Positions 1-9,301 of a DNA stretch of 64,000 nucleotides are shown here, in pieces (positions within the stretch are counted from its first letter, which is position 1; each line of letters begins with the position of its first letter). A program made the position numbers and the translations under genes. The DNA is from a virus (taxonomy: Duplodnaviria; Caudoviricetes). The notes under the pieces are model-generated. The model saw only the letters and a list, made by a program, of their open reading frames with translations. It searched no databases and was not told the DNA's origin. Where the stretch lies: the IMG/VR virus record IMGVR_UViG_2772190661_000001, positions 1 through 64,000 of that record; one strand, given 5' to 3'.

Positions 1-110
1 GCGTACACGCTAGGGGCGGCCCTAACTCTACCCACTGGCACGCTCGGGCAGGCCAGTTGATTAAGTCCGGGCCGCCCCTGATCGAGCGGATGGTGCAGGT
101 CAGGCGACGG

Positions 111-503
111 TCAGTCTTCCTCGTCGAACGTGACGGTCGGCTCGGTTGGCTGGCCGCGCCGCAGCCACTTCGGGTTGATCCGGGCGGGCTTGGGTCGGTC
201 GTCTTCGCCCTGGGTGAGGACGGGCAGGAGCGCCCGGTAGGCGGGCTCTTTGTCGTGGTGGTGAATGCCGGCGGCGATGACGATCGCAGCGCTGCCGGGT
301 AGCGGGATGGCCCAGATGCGGCGGGAGCTGGCGGCGACCGCCCCGAAGTGCGCCCGCTTGGTGACCTTGTCGAGTCTCAGCTCGTTGAAGTAGAGCCGCA
401 GCCACCGGTTCGCGGCCCGGAGACCACGCCACCCGTAGTAGCCGGCGAAGGCCAGGACCGGGAAGGCTGCGATCCCGGCGAGGACGAGCATCCAGTCGGT
501 CAC
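111..503 (-). CDS. hypothetical membrane protein
   Basis: GTG start overlapping stop of upstream ORF (GTGA); N-terminal hydrophobic helix. Confidence 0.7.
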   Translation of the reverse strand: MTDWMLVLAGIAAFPVLAFAGYYGWRGLRAANRWLRLYFNELRLDKVTKRAHFGAVAASSRRIWAIPLPGSAAIVIAAGIHHHDKEPAYRALLPVLTQGEDDRPKPARINPKWLRRGQPTEPTVTFDEED

Positions 504-742
504 GCCGCCTCCTCGCCGTCGAGCCCGAAGTGGTCCACGATCGCGTCGGCGAGCGCGCCCGCGCCCATGGTCTTGTCCGGGTTGGTCGCCTCGACGAACG
601 CGATCACGTCGTCGCCGTACAGGTCGAGGCGCAGCGGTACGACCCGAACCGCGATCTCCATGCCCAGCTCGTGGGCGGTGAGCTTGTTGCCGCCGTCGGT
701 CCGGCGAATGTGCTCGGCCAGGTCGTTGCGGATGTTGGTCAT
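500..742 (-). CDS. hypothetical protein
   Basis: 80 aa, 4-bp overlaps on both sides. Confidence 0.75.
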   Translation of the reverse strand: MTNIRNDLAEHIRRTDGGNKLTAHELGMEIAVRVVPLRLDLYGDDVIAFVEATNPDKTMGAGALADAIVDHFGLDGEEAA

Positions 743-1137
743 CGCTTCCCTCGCTTTGTCGGCTTGCCCTTGGTCGGTGCTGGCTCACGCCGGTCGTCGC
801 CGGACACGCGTGTGGGCGCGCTCCTGGCGGGCGCGACGGTGACGGCCGGCCGCTGCTCGGCCGCCGCACTCCAGCCGCGCGGCGGTGTCGTACGGCCCGC
901 TGCCACCCACGTCCACTCGCGGTAGACGCCGCGGTCGTACCAGCCGCAGTCGGGCAGCTCGCGCCGGCGCCGGTCCTCGGCGTCGCAGTCTGGTACGTCG
1001 GTGTCGTCGGCGCCCGCGATCGGCACCTCCAGGGCGGGCGGGTCGGCGGGCTCGGGTTGCGGGTCGGGGGCGGTGGTGCAGCCGGCCAGCGCGAGCAGCA
1101 CGACGAGCGGGGCCAGGCGCTTCACGTCGGAACGCAT
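739..1137 (-). CDS. putative lipoprotein
   Basis: Signal peptide KRLAPLVVLLALAG-C with lipobox. Confidence 0.7.
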   Translation of the reverse strand: MRSDVKRLAPLVVLLALAGCTTAPDPQPEPADPPALEVPIAGADDTDVPDCDAEDRRRRELPDCGWYDRGVYREWTWVAAGRTTPPRGWSAAAEQRPAVTVAPARSAPTRVSGDDRREPAPTKGKPTKRGKR

Positions 1138-1304
1138 CAGACGCTCCCGACCTGCTTGTTCCGGGCCTGGTAGACCCACTGCCCGTCGTAGCTGCGGTGC
1201 CCGCGGACCGTCTGGCGGCGGCCGAGTAGCCGGGCGTAGGTCATGTGGGCGTAGTTCATCGCGTCGGCCCACGACTTCGGCGGGTAGACGGGTGTGTCGC
1301 TCAC
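1137..1304 (-). CDS. hypothetical protein
   Basis: Coupled small ORF MSDTPVYPP... Confidence 0.65.
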   Translation of the reverse strand: MSDTPVYPPKSWADAMNYAHMTYARLLGRRQTVRGHRSYDGQWVYQARNKQVGSV

Positions 1305-1621
1305 GCGGCACCGTCCTGGACGTGCTCGAACTCGGCCACGAGCCGGGACAGGTAGATCACGCCGTGGCCGACCTCCTTGAGCGGGCCGCCGGTGTCGAAG
1401 TACCGGACGACGCTCACCTGCCAGCCGGAGACGGTGTTCCCTGCCGACACGACGTGGACGAGTTCGCGGTCGTCGTCGGTCAGCCAGCTGCCGGAGTCCT
1501 TGTCGTGCCAGACGGAGCCGATCAGGGCGGGCAGGTCGAACCCGGACGCGGCCAGCGCCTCGGTGAGCTGCTGCGAGGTGACGCCGTTGAGCGGCCAGGC
1601 GACGGACGGGACCGGGATCAC
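1301..1621 (-). CDS. hypothetical protein
   Basis: Coupled ORF MIPVPSVAW... Confidence 0.7.
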   Translation of the reverse strand: MIPVPSVAWPLNGVTSQQLTEALAASGFDLPALIGSVWHDKDSGSWLTDDDRELVHVVSAGNTVSGWQVSVVRYFDTGGPLKEVGHGVIYLSRLVAEFEHVQDGAA

Positions 1622-1980
1622 GCGGCACCGCCGAACACCTGGGCGTGGATGGTCTCCAACTGCCCGTACACGGCGTCGTCGGTCACGCCAGCGGCGGCGA
1701 TCTCGGCCCAGACCGGTCCGGCGGTCGCGTGGCCGAACGCGTCCTGGTCGTCGATGCCGTTGTGGCCCGCGCCGAGGACGTTGAACAGCCACGTGCCGGT
1801 GCGGGTCTCCGCGGTCAGGTCGCGGGCGGCCTTCGGGAGGCTCGCGATGCCGGGCAGGTCGAGCGCGGACTGGAGCGCGGACAGGGTGACAGTGTCGGAG
1901 CCGGCGGACACCGACCACAGGTGCCGGACCATGCCGGACTCCTCGGGGATGGTGTCGTGCTGGCGGGTTAGGGTCGTCAT
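1618..1980 (-). CDS. hypothetical protein
   Basis: 120 aa coupled ORF with RBS. Confidence 0.75.
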   Translation of the reverse strand: MTTLTRQHDTIPEESGMVRHLWSVSAGSDTVTLSALQSALDLPGIASLPKAARDLTAETRTGTWLFNVLGAGHNGIDDQDAFGHATAGPVWAEIAAAGVTDDAVYGQLETIHAQVFGGAA

Positions 1981-2225
1981 GCGGTCGCCTCCTGGACGAG
2001 GTTGTGGTCGATGAGGAGCTGGGCGGCGCGGACGTACTCGAAGGCGTCACGGTCGCCCATGAGCGGGTATCGCTCCGATAGCGCGGAGGCCGCGGACCGG
2101 ATCTCCCCGGCCGTGACCAGCTCGATCGCGGCGGCGAGACGTTCGGTGTTGAAGCGGTCCGGCGTGCGCAGCACCCCGGTGTAGACGATGGTCACGGCGA
2201 ACTTCCGCTCGACGGCCAGAGTCAC
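1977..2225 (-). CDS. hypothetical protein
   Basis: Coupled ORF MTLAVERKF... Confidence 0.7.
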   Translation of the reverse strand: MTLAVERKFAVTIVYTGVLRTPDRFNTERLAAAIELVTAGEIRSAASALSERYPLMGDRDAFEYVRAAQLLIDHNLVQEATA

Positions 2226-2485
2226 GCGGCACGCTCCAGCGGCTCGACGTCGAACTCGACCTGGTCGCCGACGGTGGTGAACGCGCCGACGATCCGGTAG
2301 CCGGCTGCTCGGACGGCCTGGTTGAGGCGGTAGCCGGTGCCGGTCCAGGGGATGCCGCCGTCGAACTCGGTATCGGGGATCGGGTGCTCGACGCCGTCGA
2401 TGGTGACGACGGAGCCGTTCGGGAGCGCGTCCCGGACTGCGGCGTCGATGCTGGGCGGGTTCGGGACGGTCGCGGTGATGGTCAT
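2222..2485 (-). CDS. hypothetical protein
   Basis: Coupled ORF MTITATVPN... Confidence 0.7.
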   Translation of the reverse strand: MTITATVPNPPSIDAAVRDALPNGSVVTIDGVEHPIPDTEFDGGIPWTGTGYRLNQAVRAAGYRIVGAFTTVGDQVEFDVEPLERAA

Positions 2486-3117
2486 CAGGATGCCTCCAGG
2501 GCGGTGGTCGGATTGGGGTCGGCGAGCAGCGCGGCGAGCTCGTCCTGGTGGATATGGATCGGGGCCTCCTGCCGGTAGATGCCGTCCGCGAGCGCGAGCT
2601 GCTGAAGCGCTTTCTCGACCCGCTCGCTGAGCTTCGGCCAGGCGCGGACATCGCCGGGATGCTGGGCGCCCCACTCGTGGTAGACGTCGGATGCGGTCGG
2701 GAGGTAGTCGCGCCGACCGAGCACGCGCATGATCTGCGCGACGCGGAGCAGGTCGTGGGCCGGGTCTGTGCGGTCCATCGGGCGGCCCTTGCCTGCGGAC
2801 TCGGCCCGGTACCCGTCCTCGGACCTGTCGGGCCAGAACGTGTGGAACAGGTCGGCGAGCACGCAGCGGATCCGCGCCCAGGCCGGGCCCTCCGCGCCGT
2901 AGATGCCAGCGAGGATGTCCGCGGCCTCGGCAACGGTGAGGACGAACTGGTGGTCGAAGCCGTCGCCGAGCAGCACCCGCTGCGTGGTCGGGTACTCGGC
3001 GTAGTCGTTGAGGAGCGCCGCAGCGTCGTCGTTAGCGACGAAGGTGATCTGGGCGGGCCGTTCCTCGTCGTCGAGGGCGATGTTGGTGATGCGAAAGATG
3101 GTGCGGTCGTGGATCAC
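2485..3117 (-). CDS. hypothetical protein
   Basis: 210 aa, GAGGA RBS. Confidence 0.75.
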   Translation of the reverse strand: MIHDRTIFRITNIALDDEERPAQITFVANDDAAALLNDYAEYPTTQRVLLGDGFDHQFVLTVAEAADILAGIYGAEGPAWARIRCVLADLFHTFWPDRSEDGYRAESAGKGRPMDRTDPAHDLLRVAQIMRVLGRRDYLPTASDVYHEWGAQHPGDVRAWPKLSERVEKALQQLALADGIYRQEAPIHIHQDELAALLADPNPTTALEAS

Positions 3118-3124
3118 GTTGTCC

Positions 3125-4039
3125 TCAGGCTTCGATCGCGGCGGGCCGCTTGGCGAGGAGAGCGCGGATCCTCTCCTTGCCGACGGCGGTGACGTAGAGG
3201 GTGGTGCGGTACTGGCCGTTGTGGTGGCGCGGCGCGTTCGGCTGGTCCTTAACGGAGAACCAGGTGGCGTAGCCGGCGCGCGCGAGCCACTGCCACTCGT
3301 CGACCATGGCCCGCCTCGACTTCGACCAGCGCTTCTCGACGAACCGCCGGTAGATGAGGCCGTGGCCTTCGAGCCAGGTGCGGAGGTCGCCCTCGGTCAT
3401 GCCGATCTGCTGGGCGAAGATCCGGACGAGGGTGGTGTCGCCGGTCGGGTTGACGAAGTTGTCGACGAACGCGGCCTTCGGGCGGGTCGTCGCCAGCTCG
3501 CGGGCTTGAATGGCGTTCGCCAGCTCCAGCGCCTGGTGCTCCTTGGCGAGTTCGAGCATCTGGCCGAGTACGTCCACGGCCACTGCGGTGTCCCGGAAGT
3601 CGGGCACAGCCGGAGGCGCTGGCGGCGGGACGACCAGTCGTGCGGCCCTCTCCGCCTCGATGAGGTAGGTGCGCACGTCCACGGCAACGGGGCTGTCGCG
3701 CAGGAGCATGCCGACCCGAAGGACCGCTGGGCGCGGGAACAGCGCCAAGCTCGGGCTACGTGTGGCGATTCCACTGAGCTCCTTAAGACGGCTCAGTGGC
3801 TGGCCGGTAATCACCTGGTAGCCGCTGATCTCCAGCTCGGCGCGGTGGTCGACAACCACGGAGCGCACGGTTTTGATCGGGACCTCGTAGTACGCGGCAA
3901 CCATCTCGGTCGTGGCGTGGACGTCGTCCGGCAGGAGAACGAGCGCTTTGACCTTGTCGAGGGCGTCGACCCGGCCGGCGTAGCGGTCCCGGTCGTGGCG
4001 GTTGTCGACGAGGGTGTCGGGCTGACGGGTGATCTGCAT
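3125..4039 (-). CDS. phage antirepressor, KilAC (ANT) C-terminal domain
   Basis: C-term PKAAFVDNF...AQQIGM..DLRTWL..HGLIY...TTLYVTAVGKERI; N-term DNA-binding-like domain (VAAYYEV...LFPRPAVLRVGMLLRDS). Confidence 0.85.
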   Translation of the reverse strand: MQITRQPDTLVDNRHDRDRYAGRVDALDKVKALVLLPDDVHATTEMVAAYYEVPIKTVRSVVVDHRAELEISGYQVITGQPLSRLKELSGIATRSPSLALFPRPAVLRVGMLLRDSPVAVDVRTYLIEAERAARLVVPPPAPPAVPDFRDTAVAVDVLGQMLELAKEHQALELANAIQARELATTRPKAAFVDNFVNPTGDTTLVRIFAQQIGMTEGDLRTWLEGHGLIYRRFVEKRWSKSRRAMVDEWQWLARAGYATWFSVKDQPNAPRHHNGQYRTTLYVTAVGKERIRALLAKRPAAIEA

Positions 4040-4076
4040 TGGGCTCCTTGCGCTGGACGGCTCCAGGAAGCGTTAA

Positions 4077-4126
4077 TGTCTCTGCTGAGACAGTAACGGC
4101 CAAAGGGGGTTGTATCAAGTGAGACA
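4077..4126. promoter_or_regulatory. divergent promoter with two TGTMTC-N4-GAGACA operators
   Basis: TGTCTC-tgct-GAGACA (4077-4092) and TGTATC-aagt-GAGACA (4111-4126); minus-strand TTGATA-N17-TACTGT toward the antirepressor. Confidence 0.7.
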
Positions 4127-4148
4127 CGACAGTGGTACGTTGAGCGCC

Positions 4149-4385
4149 GTGATCCGCCCGACCTGGACCCCCGCGACCGCCGAGCAGCGAAACGCCGTTC
4201 AGCGCGCGGCCGCCCTCGCCGAGCAGAAGATCCGTATCGAGGCGGAGATGTGGGCGGCGATCAAAGAGGCCCGCGACCTGGACGTGCCCGACACTGTGCT
4301 GTGCGAGCAGACGGGCCAGAGTCGGGCCACGCTCAACCGGAAGTACGGCTCCCGCTCTACACAAGCGGGCGCGACCGAGGCTTAG
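4149..4385 (+). CDS. small HTH DNA-binding protein (probable repressor)
   Basis: AIKEARDLDVPDTVLCEQTGQSRATLNRKY HTH; likely leaderless after TACGTT. Confidence 0.75.
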   Translation: MIRPTWTPATAEQRNAVQRAAALAEQKIRIEAEMWAAIKEARDLDVPDTVLCEQTGQSRATLNRKYGSRSTQAGATEA

Positions 4386-4613
4386 CTACGGCCGGGAGAC
4401 GGACGCGTAGTGCCGAACGAAGGTTCCGAAGTTCTCTGCGGCGACCGTAGACTTTCCAGCCGCCTCGGCCGAAAGCCGAGCAGCCTCCAGCTCGGCGAGC
4501 GCCGCCAGCAGGCGTGCTTGGGCGACCGTCGTCGGATCAGGATTGGCTCGTTGTTCCTCAAGACGCACGTACATCTGCCGCAGCAGGTCGAGCGTGTCAG
4601 GTAGCGAGGCCAT
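4386..4613 (-). CDS. hypothetical protein
   Basis: 75 aa, GAGGAGG RBS. Confidence 0.6.
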   Translation of the reverse strand: MASLPDTLDLLRQMYVRLEEQRANPDPTTVAQARLLAALAELEAARLSAEAAGKSTVAAENFGTFVRHYASVSRP

Positions 4614-4707
4614 GGACCCTCCTCATGCCTGGCGAATAGGGCTCACGGAACATAAGCCCGCCGGTCGCCAGCTTCTTGCATTCCTGCAAGTTCTCGTTAA
4701 ATGAGGG

Positions 4708-5208
4708 CTACGTCACCCGCTCGACAACCCGCCGCACTGGATCAACCCACACGATCGGCAGCCCGATTTTCCGCGCGTACCGGACCGCCTGCCACGTCCC
4801 GCCGCGTTCCCTGCCGTCCCAGACCGCGATGCATCCGGCGCTCGGCGGGTCCAGCAAGACCTGGTTGCGGTAGTGCAGCGCGGCGACCGTCCTTACGTAG
4901 TCGCGTGGGTTCGGCCCGACGACGGTCTCGGCGTGCGCGCCGGCGCGGAGCCGCTCCCAGCGGAGCCTGGCGTGCGCCGGCCACTGGTCGGCTTGGGCCT
5001 CGAACGGCACGACGGCGTGCAGCTGCAGCCCGGCGTCGAGGATCTCTTCGGCCCAGATCGTGTCCGCGCCGAGCGCCATACCCGACCGGCCGGTGTGCGT
5101 GCCTTGGTCGCGGAGCCGGGCGATCCCGGCGGCGAGCTGGGCGCGGACCCACTCCTCGGCCGCTCCCAGCTTCCAGTGCCCGGTGAGGGCGACGACGGGC
5201 CAGGTCAT
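4708..5208 (-). CDS. SLOG-family protein (YspA/DUF1273-like)
   Basis: VALTGH, SGMALGAD, VVPFEAQA..W, RN..L, AVWDG..GGT..V.YA motifs. Confidence 0.85.
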   Translation of the reverse strand: MTWPVVALTGHWKLGAAEEWVRAQLAAGIARLRDQGTHTGRSGMALGADTIWAEEILDAGLQLHAVVPFEAQADQWPAHARLRWERLRAGAHAETVVGPNPRDYVRTVAALHYRNQVLLDPPSAGCIAVWDGRERGGTWQAVRYARKIGLPIVWVDPVRRVVERVT

Positions 5209-5292
5209 AACTCGCCTTTCTTCGGTTTGGCCAACGACGGCGCCCTCCGGGTGGTCTGCTTGGGGCAGTCGATTCTGGGGGTGCAGGCCGTG

Positions 5293-5412
5293 ATGTCGAC
5301 GTGGCACTGGGCGGTGCTTGCCTGCCCTGTCATTGCTCTGATCGCTATCGGGGCACTCGTAGGCGTGATCGTGTACTTGGTCCGCCGGAAATCTTCGCCG
5401 CCTCCGACCTGA
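5293..5412 (+). CDS. small single-TM peptide
   Basis: MSTWHWAVLACPVIALIAIGALVGVIVYLVRRK: hydrophobic helix plus basic tail. Confidence 0.5.
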   Translation: MSTWHWAVLACPVIALIAIGALVGVIVYLVRRKSSPPPT

Positions 5413-5430
5413 TCTCTTCGGTCGCGGCGT

Positions 5431-5889
5431 TCATTCCCGCCACCAGCGCAGCCCGGCCCGCTCCTGCACGGGCTCGCCTTCCTCGACATCCATGACCGCG
5501 GTCCGCCGGGTGACCGCGTCGGCGGCGGCTTCGCGCTGCTCGGTGGTCATGTTCCGGGTCAGCCACCGCCAGTCGCCGTGGAGCCAGACGGAGCACATCG
5601 CCTCGTCAAGATCCTCAGCCGACGGAAGCCGGGGCGCGTCGACGCCGATGCCGCCGAGGACGGCCTGGGCACGAACGCCGAGCTGGGCTGCATCCTCCAG
5701 CTCGCCGAGCACCTCGGCCAGCAGCACCTCGTAGTCACCGAACGTCGGGTCGAGCGGGACGACGATCGAGCGTTGCCGGTCGGAGCCGGGCTGCCGGAGC
5801 CGGACGTAGAGGCCAGCGCGGCGGCCGGCCTCGATCCAGCCGTGGGTGACGAGGGCGGCGATGAGCTGCTGCGGCTCGACGGCGGTCAC
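5431..5889 (-). CDS. hypothetical protein (N-terminus weakly HicA-like)
   Basis: LVTHGW....RAG.YVRL..PG...IVVP pattern; coupled. Confidence 0.7.
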   Translation of the reverse strand: MTAVEPQQLIAALVTHGWIEAGRRAGLYVRLRQPGSDRQRSIVVPLDPTFGDYEVLLAEVLGELEDAAQLGVRAQAVLGGIGVDAPRLPSAEDLDEAMCSVWLHGDWRWLTRNMTTEQREAAADAVTRRTAVMDVEEGEPVQERAGLRWWRE

Positions 5890-6365
5890 GGCGTGTCCTC
5901 CCAGGTGGCCGGGTCACGGACCGCGTCTGCGGCTTCCTGTAGCGCGATGACCTGCATGTGCTCGGCGGCGGGGTAGCCGGTCGGGAACCCGTCTGCGATC
6001 CGCTGCTTCGACGCGGCCATCCGGTCGAGGTACGCCGCGATCCGCTTCCTCTCGGCGTCACGCACGTACTCGTCTCGGGCGCGGCGCCCAACCTTGATGG
6101 CATCGTTCTCGTTCTGGAGTTCCTGTTGCCGGTCAACGGCAGCCTTCAGCGCAACCGGGGTCCATGCCTGGTCCACGCCCATCGCCGCGGCGCCAGCCTG
6201 GTTGGGGTGGAGGCATCCTCGGCATTCGTCGAGGCCGCCGGGCCAGCGTTCGGGGCCTGCGGTTCTGAAGCGGTGGGCTTCGGCGGCGAGCCCGACCTTG
6301 ATGTCGAGGGCGTCCATCTGCGCGTCCATCTCGGCGCGGTCGGCGTCGCCCTCTGGGTCGGTCAC
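5886..6365 (-). CDS. hypothetical protein
   Basis: 159 aa coupled ORF. Confidence 0.7.
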   Translation of the reverse strand: MTDPEGDADRAEMDAQMDALDIKVGLAAEAHRFRTAGPERWPGGLDECRGCLHPNQAGAAAMGVDQAWTPVALKAAVDRQQELQNENDAIKVGRRARDEYVRDAERKRIAAYLDRMAASKQRIADGFPTGYPAAEHMQVIALQEAADAVRDPATWEDTP

Positions 6366-6550
6366 CGGGGGCTCCTTCTCCGCACGACGGCGTGCCGGTC
6401 GCCGATCCGGATGGCCGGAGGGTAGATGCCGTCGGCCCAGGTGAGGCCGTCACGGAGCCTGGGCCGGACGGGCTTGCCGGTGGCGGTGTCCCACAGCCAC
6501 AGCGGCACCCAGACGGCGACCGCGAACGCGCGGCGCAGCACGCGGGTCAC
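6362..6550 (-). CDS. hypothetical protein
   Basis: 62 aa coupled ORF. Confidence 0.6.
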   Translation of the reverse strand: MTRVLRRAFAVAVWVPLWLWDTATGKPVRPRLRDGLTWADGIYPPAIRIGDRHAVVRRRSPR

Positions 6551-6747
6551 GTAGCCTCCTGCCCACCGGTCGGGACCAGGCCCATCCGGTCGTCGAAGTG
6601 AATTTCAACGTCGCAGTCCCGATGGCGCTCCAACCATGCCATGACGTCGGGTACCGGCAGACCGTCGGTCCACAGGTCCTCGCCGTGCCCGTCGCAGACG
6701 ATCAGGCAGATCCGGGACACCTCGTCCGGTGTGAGCGTGTCGCTCAT
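6547..6747 (-). CDS. hypothetical protein
   Basis: Coupled ORF MSDTLTPDE... Confidence 0.65.
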   Translation of the reverse strand: MSDTLTPDEVSRICLIVCDGHGEDLWTDGLPVPDVMAWLERHRDCDVEIHFDDRMGLVPTGGQEAT

Positions 6748-7253
6748 GCCGCCGCCTCCCGGAACGCCTCGACCAGGCCGGGCGCGATGTCGTCGCCTTC
6801 GCCGAGGTGGACGCCGTCCTCGTCGTAGCGTTGCGGGACGAGCTGGTACCCGGCCTCGATGACGGCCAGGATGGCGGTGACGAAACCCGCGATGACCTCG
6901 GACAGCGGGCCGGTCGCGTCGTGCCGGGCGATCTCCTGGGCGCGGATCGCGTCGATGAGCGTGAGCGTGTCCGCCGGGATCTTGGCCCGGTCGGTGTCGT
7001 CGGGTGGGTACGCGTACCGCGGGGATTGGTCGATGTCGAGCAGGTCCAGGTCGGGGTTGCCCTTCGGGGAGAGGCGGTGGGGCATCACGCCGCCGTCGCC
7101 TTGGAGCTCGACGAACAGGCTGTGGACGACGCCGCCGAGTCGGGCGGGGACCGTGTCGAGGTGGAGCAGGTCGGCGGGGAGCGGCCCGGCCCAGTTCGGG
7201 ACGATCACGTAGGCGAGCTGCTCGGCGAGCTCGCGCTGTTCGTCGCTGCTCAC
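6744..7253 (-). CDS. hypothetical protein
   Basis: Coupled ORF MSSDEQREL... Confidence 0.7.
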   Translation of the reverse strand: MSSDEQRELAEQLAYVIVPNWAGPLPADLLHLDTVPARLGGVVHSLFVELQGDGGVMPHRLSPKGNPDLDLLDIDQSPRYAYPPDDTDRAKIPADTLTLIDAIRAQEIARHDATGPLSEVIAGFVTAILAVIEAGYQLVPQRYDEDGVHLGEGDDIAPGLVEAFREAAA

Positions 7254-7555
7254 GCCGGTACCGCCTTGCAGGCCGGGCACAGGTCGAGGGTGCCGGACGT
7301 GTCCCACCGCTCGTTGTCGGCGAGGTGCTGCCGGGCTGCCGCGAACCTCGTGTGCTTGTCGGCGCCGGTGTAGTCGGCCCGGTGCTCGACGCCGCAGCCG
7401 TCGCAGAAGACGACGACCTGGGCGACGTGCCCGGCGTCGATCGCGGCGCGCATGTCGTCGGTGAGCGGCTGGCCCTCGTCGGGGTCCGGGATCCGGAGCG
7501 CACGGCCGGGCGCGTAGCCAGGGGTCATCTGGCCGGTGACGAACGGGTCGCTCAC
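7250..7555 (-). CDS. putative zinc-binding protein
   Basis: CDGC and CPAC motifs. Confidence 0.7.
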   Translation of the reverse strand: MSDPFVTGQMTPGYAPGRALRIPDPDEGQPLTDDMRAAIDAGHVAQVVVFCDGCGVEHRADYTGADKHTRFAAARQHLADNERWDTSGTLDLCPACKAVPA

Positions 7556-7770
7556 GCCGCGTCCCCGGGGTGCTCGGCGGTGTGCCGGTCGGCGAGGGCG
7601 AGGATCTCGTTCGGGTAGGCGCGGATGGCCCAGATGATCCGATAGGCGCGGGCGATCGCAGCCCGGTGGTCCTCCTCGGCGATGTCGTCGTTCTCGTTGA
7701 GGTCGTCCTCGGCGGTGGATTCGGCGCCGTCGGTTACCACGGAGATCGCGTACTCGTCGATGCTCAGCAT
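7552..7770 (-). CDS. hypothetical acidic protein, first gene of operon
   Basis: 72 aa, GGAGGA RBS. Confidence 0.7.
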   Translation of the reverse strand: MLSIDEYAISVVTDGAESTAEDDLNENDDIAEEDHRAAIARAYRIIWAIRAYPNEILALADRHTAEHPGDAA

Positions 7771-7792
7771 TCAGTTCCTCCAGCTAGAAACA

Positions 7793-7878
7793 TGTGGTCC
7801 AGTTCTGCGCCCAGTCTACCGATCGGCGCATGCGCGGGCGAGTGGCTGCGGTTCACGGATGGCGGAAACTGGACCACA
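7793..7878. promoter_or_regulatory. 12-bp inverted repeat in divergent intergenic region
   Basis: TGTGGTCCAGTT (7793-7804) and AACTGGACCACA (7867-7878). Confidence 0.65.
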
Positions 7879-7896
7879 AGCTGGCACACTGATCAC

Positions 7897-8130
7897 GTGC
7901 CCCACCCCGACCCGCACCGCGACTCCCGCGTCAACGTCCGCGCGCCCGCCGACGAACAGGACGCGGCACGCAACGTGCTCGTGCCGGCGGGCTGGACGCT
8001 GCAGCAGTTCATCCAGGCATGCCTGCGCGCCGTCGCGTCCGAATCGGGCCCCGAGTTGCTACCGAAGTTGCTCCCGTACCGCACCGAGGTAAGCAAGGGC
8101 GGCCGGCCACCGAAGACCCCTGCCGGCTGA
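7897..8130 (+). CDS. ribbon-helix-helix-like regulator
   Basis: RVNVRAP.DEQDAAR..L...GWTLQQFIQACL; C-terminal GRPPK. Confidence 0.7.
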   Translation: MPHPDPHRDSRVNVRAPADEQDAARNVLVPAGWTLQQFIQACLRAVASESGPELLPKLLPYRTEVSKGGRPPKTPAG

Positions 8131-8426
8131 ACAACACACCACGCTACCGATCGCACCGGCCCAGAACGGCATGCTCAGCCGCTCGCCCTAGAAGTCCCAG
8201 GCCGGTTGACTACATACATGCGACTGGACCCCATCACGGACATCCCAAAGGAAAATGCCCAACCTCAAGCCGCCCGAGACCTCCGGTTCAAAACTCCTGA
8301 CGCCTGCAACCAGCCGGCACCGCACCCGAGAGTGGAACACGTCCGCGTGACCGAGACTTTTTTCCCGATACCGAAATCGCGGCGGGCGATGCCGCCCGCG
8401 GACGCGGACGCTGGCAAGTGAATGCA

Positions 8427-8464
8427 AACGGCCCGCACTCGACCTTTCGGGAGTGCGGGCCGTT
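8427..8464. terminator. intrinsic terminator-like hairpin
   Basis: AACGGCCCGCACTC / GAGTGCGGGCCGTT 14-bp stem between convergent units. Confidence 0.75.
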
Positions 8465-8534
8465 CCACCTCGGCTGGCGATCAGAGCGTAGCGGCGGGGT
8501 GCGACAGCCGCCGCCCCGCAGTCACCCTGTGGAG

Positions 8535-9086
8535 CTATGCCGCGGTGACGATCATGTCCAGTCCGCTGTCGGGGTGATACGTCCACGACGCGCTGAAGTC
8601 CCCCCACGTCGCCTGCTGCCGGCCGTCAAGCGCTCGCGTCTGCGCGATCTGCGACCGGACCGACTCCGGCGCCTTCAACTCGTCGAGGACGCACGACAGG
8701 ATGGTCTGGTCGTAGGCAGCCCCGGTGTCGACGATCAAGGTCTTGTTGCCGTCGGCGACGGTAACGCCGTACCGACCGCGGTCGCAGGTGTTCGCGGCGA
8801 CGATCAAGGGCTTCTCGGGGGCCTGCTGCTCGGCGGCCCATCCGGTGAGCGCGGTCGGAGAGGCTGTGGGGGCGGGTGTTCCAGCGCTGCCGACCGCGGC
8901 TGCGGTGATCACCGCGGTGCCGCCGATGACGGCGAGCAGAGCCACTCCCCCGACGACGAGCAGGAGCCACTTCCGGCCGGCGGGGCGCGGGGCCGGGCGC
9001 GGGGTTGGAGGCGTGGCCGACGGCGGGTGCGTGTCCGGGCCGGGGGTGGTCAGCTGCGACGCGTCGGGTGAGGTCGGCTGGGTCAT
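8535..9086 (-). CDS. membrane-anchored protein
   Basis: Pro-rich N-term, one TM helix, globular domain ending TRALDG...SWTYHPDSGL. Confidence 0.8.
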   Translation of the reverse strand: MTQPTSPDASQLTTPGPDTHPPSATPPTPRPAPRPAGRKWLLLVVGGVALLAVIGGTAVITAAAVGSAGTPAPTASPTALTGWAAEQQAPEKPLIVAANTCDRGRYGVTVADGNKTLIVDTGAAYDQTILSCVLDELKAPESVRSQIAQTRALDGRQQATWGDFSASWTYHPDSGLDMIVTAA

Positions 9087-9301
9087 GGTCGCCTCCGTGT
9101 GCGGGCCGAGGTGGGCTGATGGGTGCGGCCGAGCTCAGCCCGAACCCGGCCGCCCTGGGAGTGTCCTGTGTGGCGGCTGTGCGCGGGGGCAGTGACGGCG
9201 CGATCCGGCCGTTCGGGCGGTAGGTGTGCCATCCCGGGCGTGGGTGGCGGTCCGGCTGGCGCTGGTACCCACCGGTTCCGTTGTTGATCTAGTCTGCGTG
9301 G

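Noticed and set aside
5431-5889. HicA toxin of a HicAB pair
   Set aside because: Only a loose pattern match; the catalytic His is missing and no HicB is adjacent.
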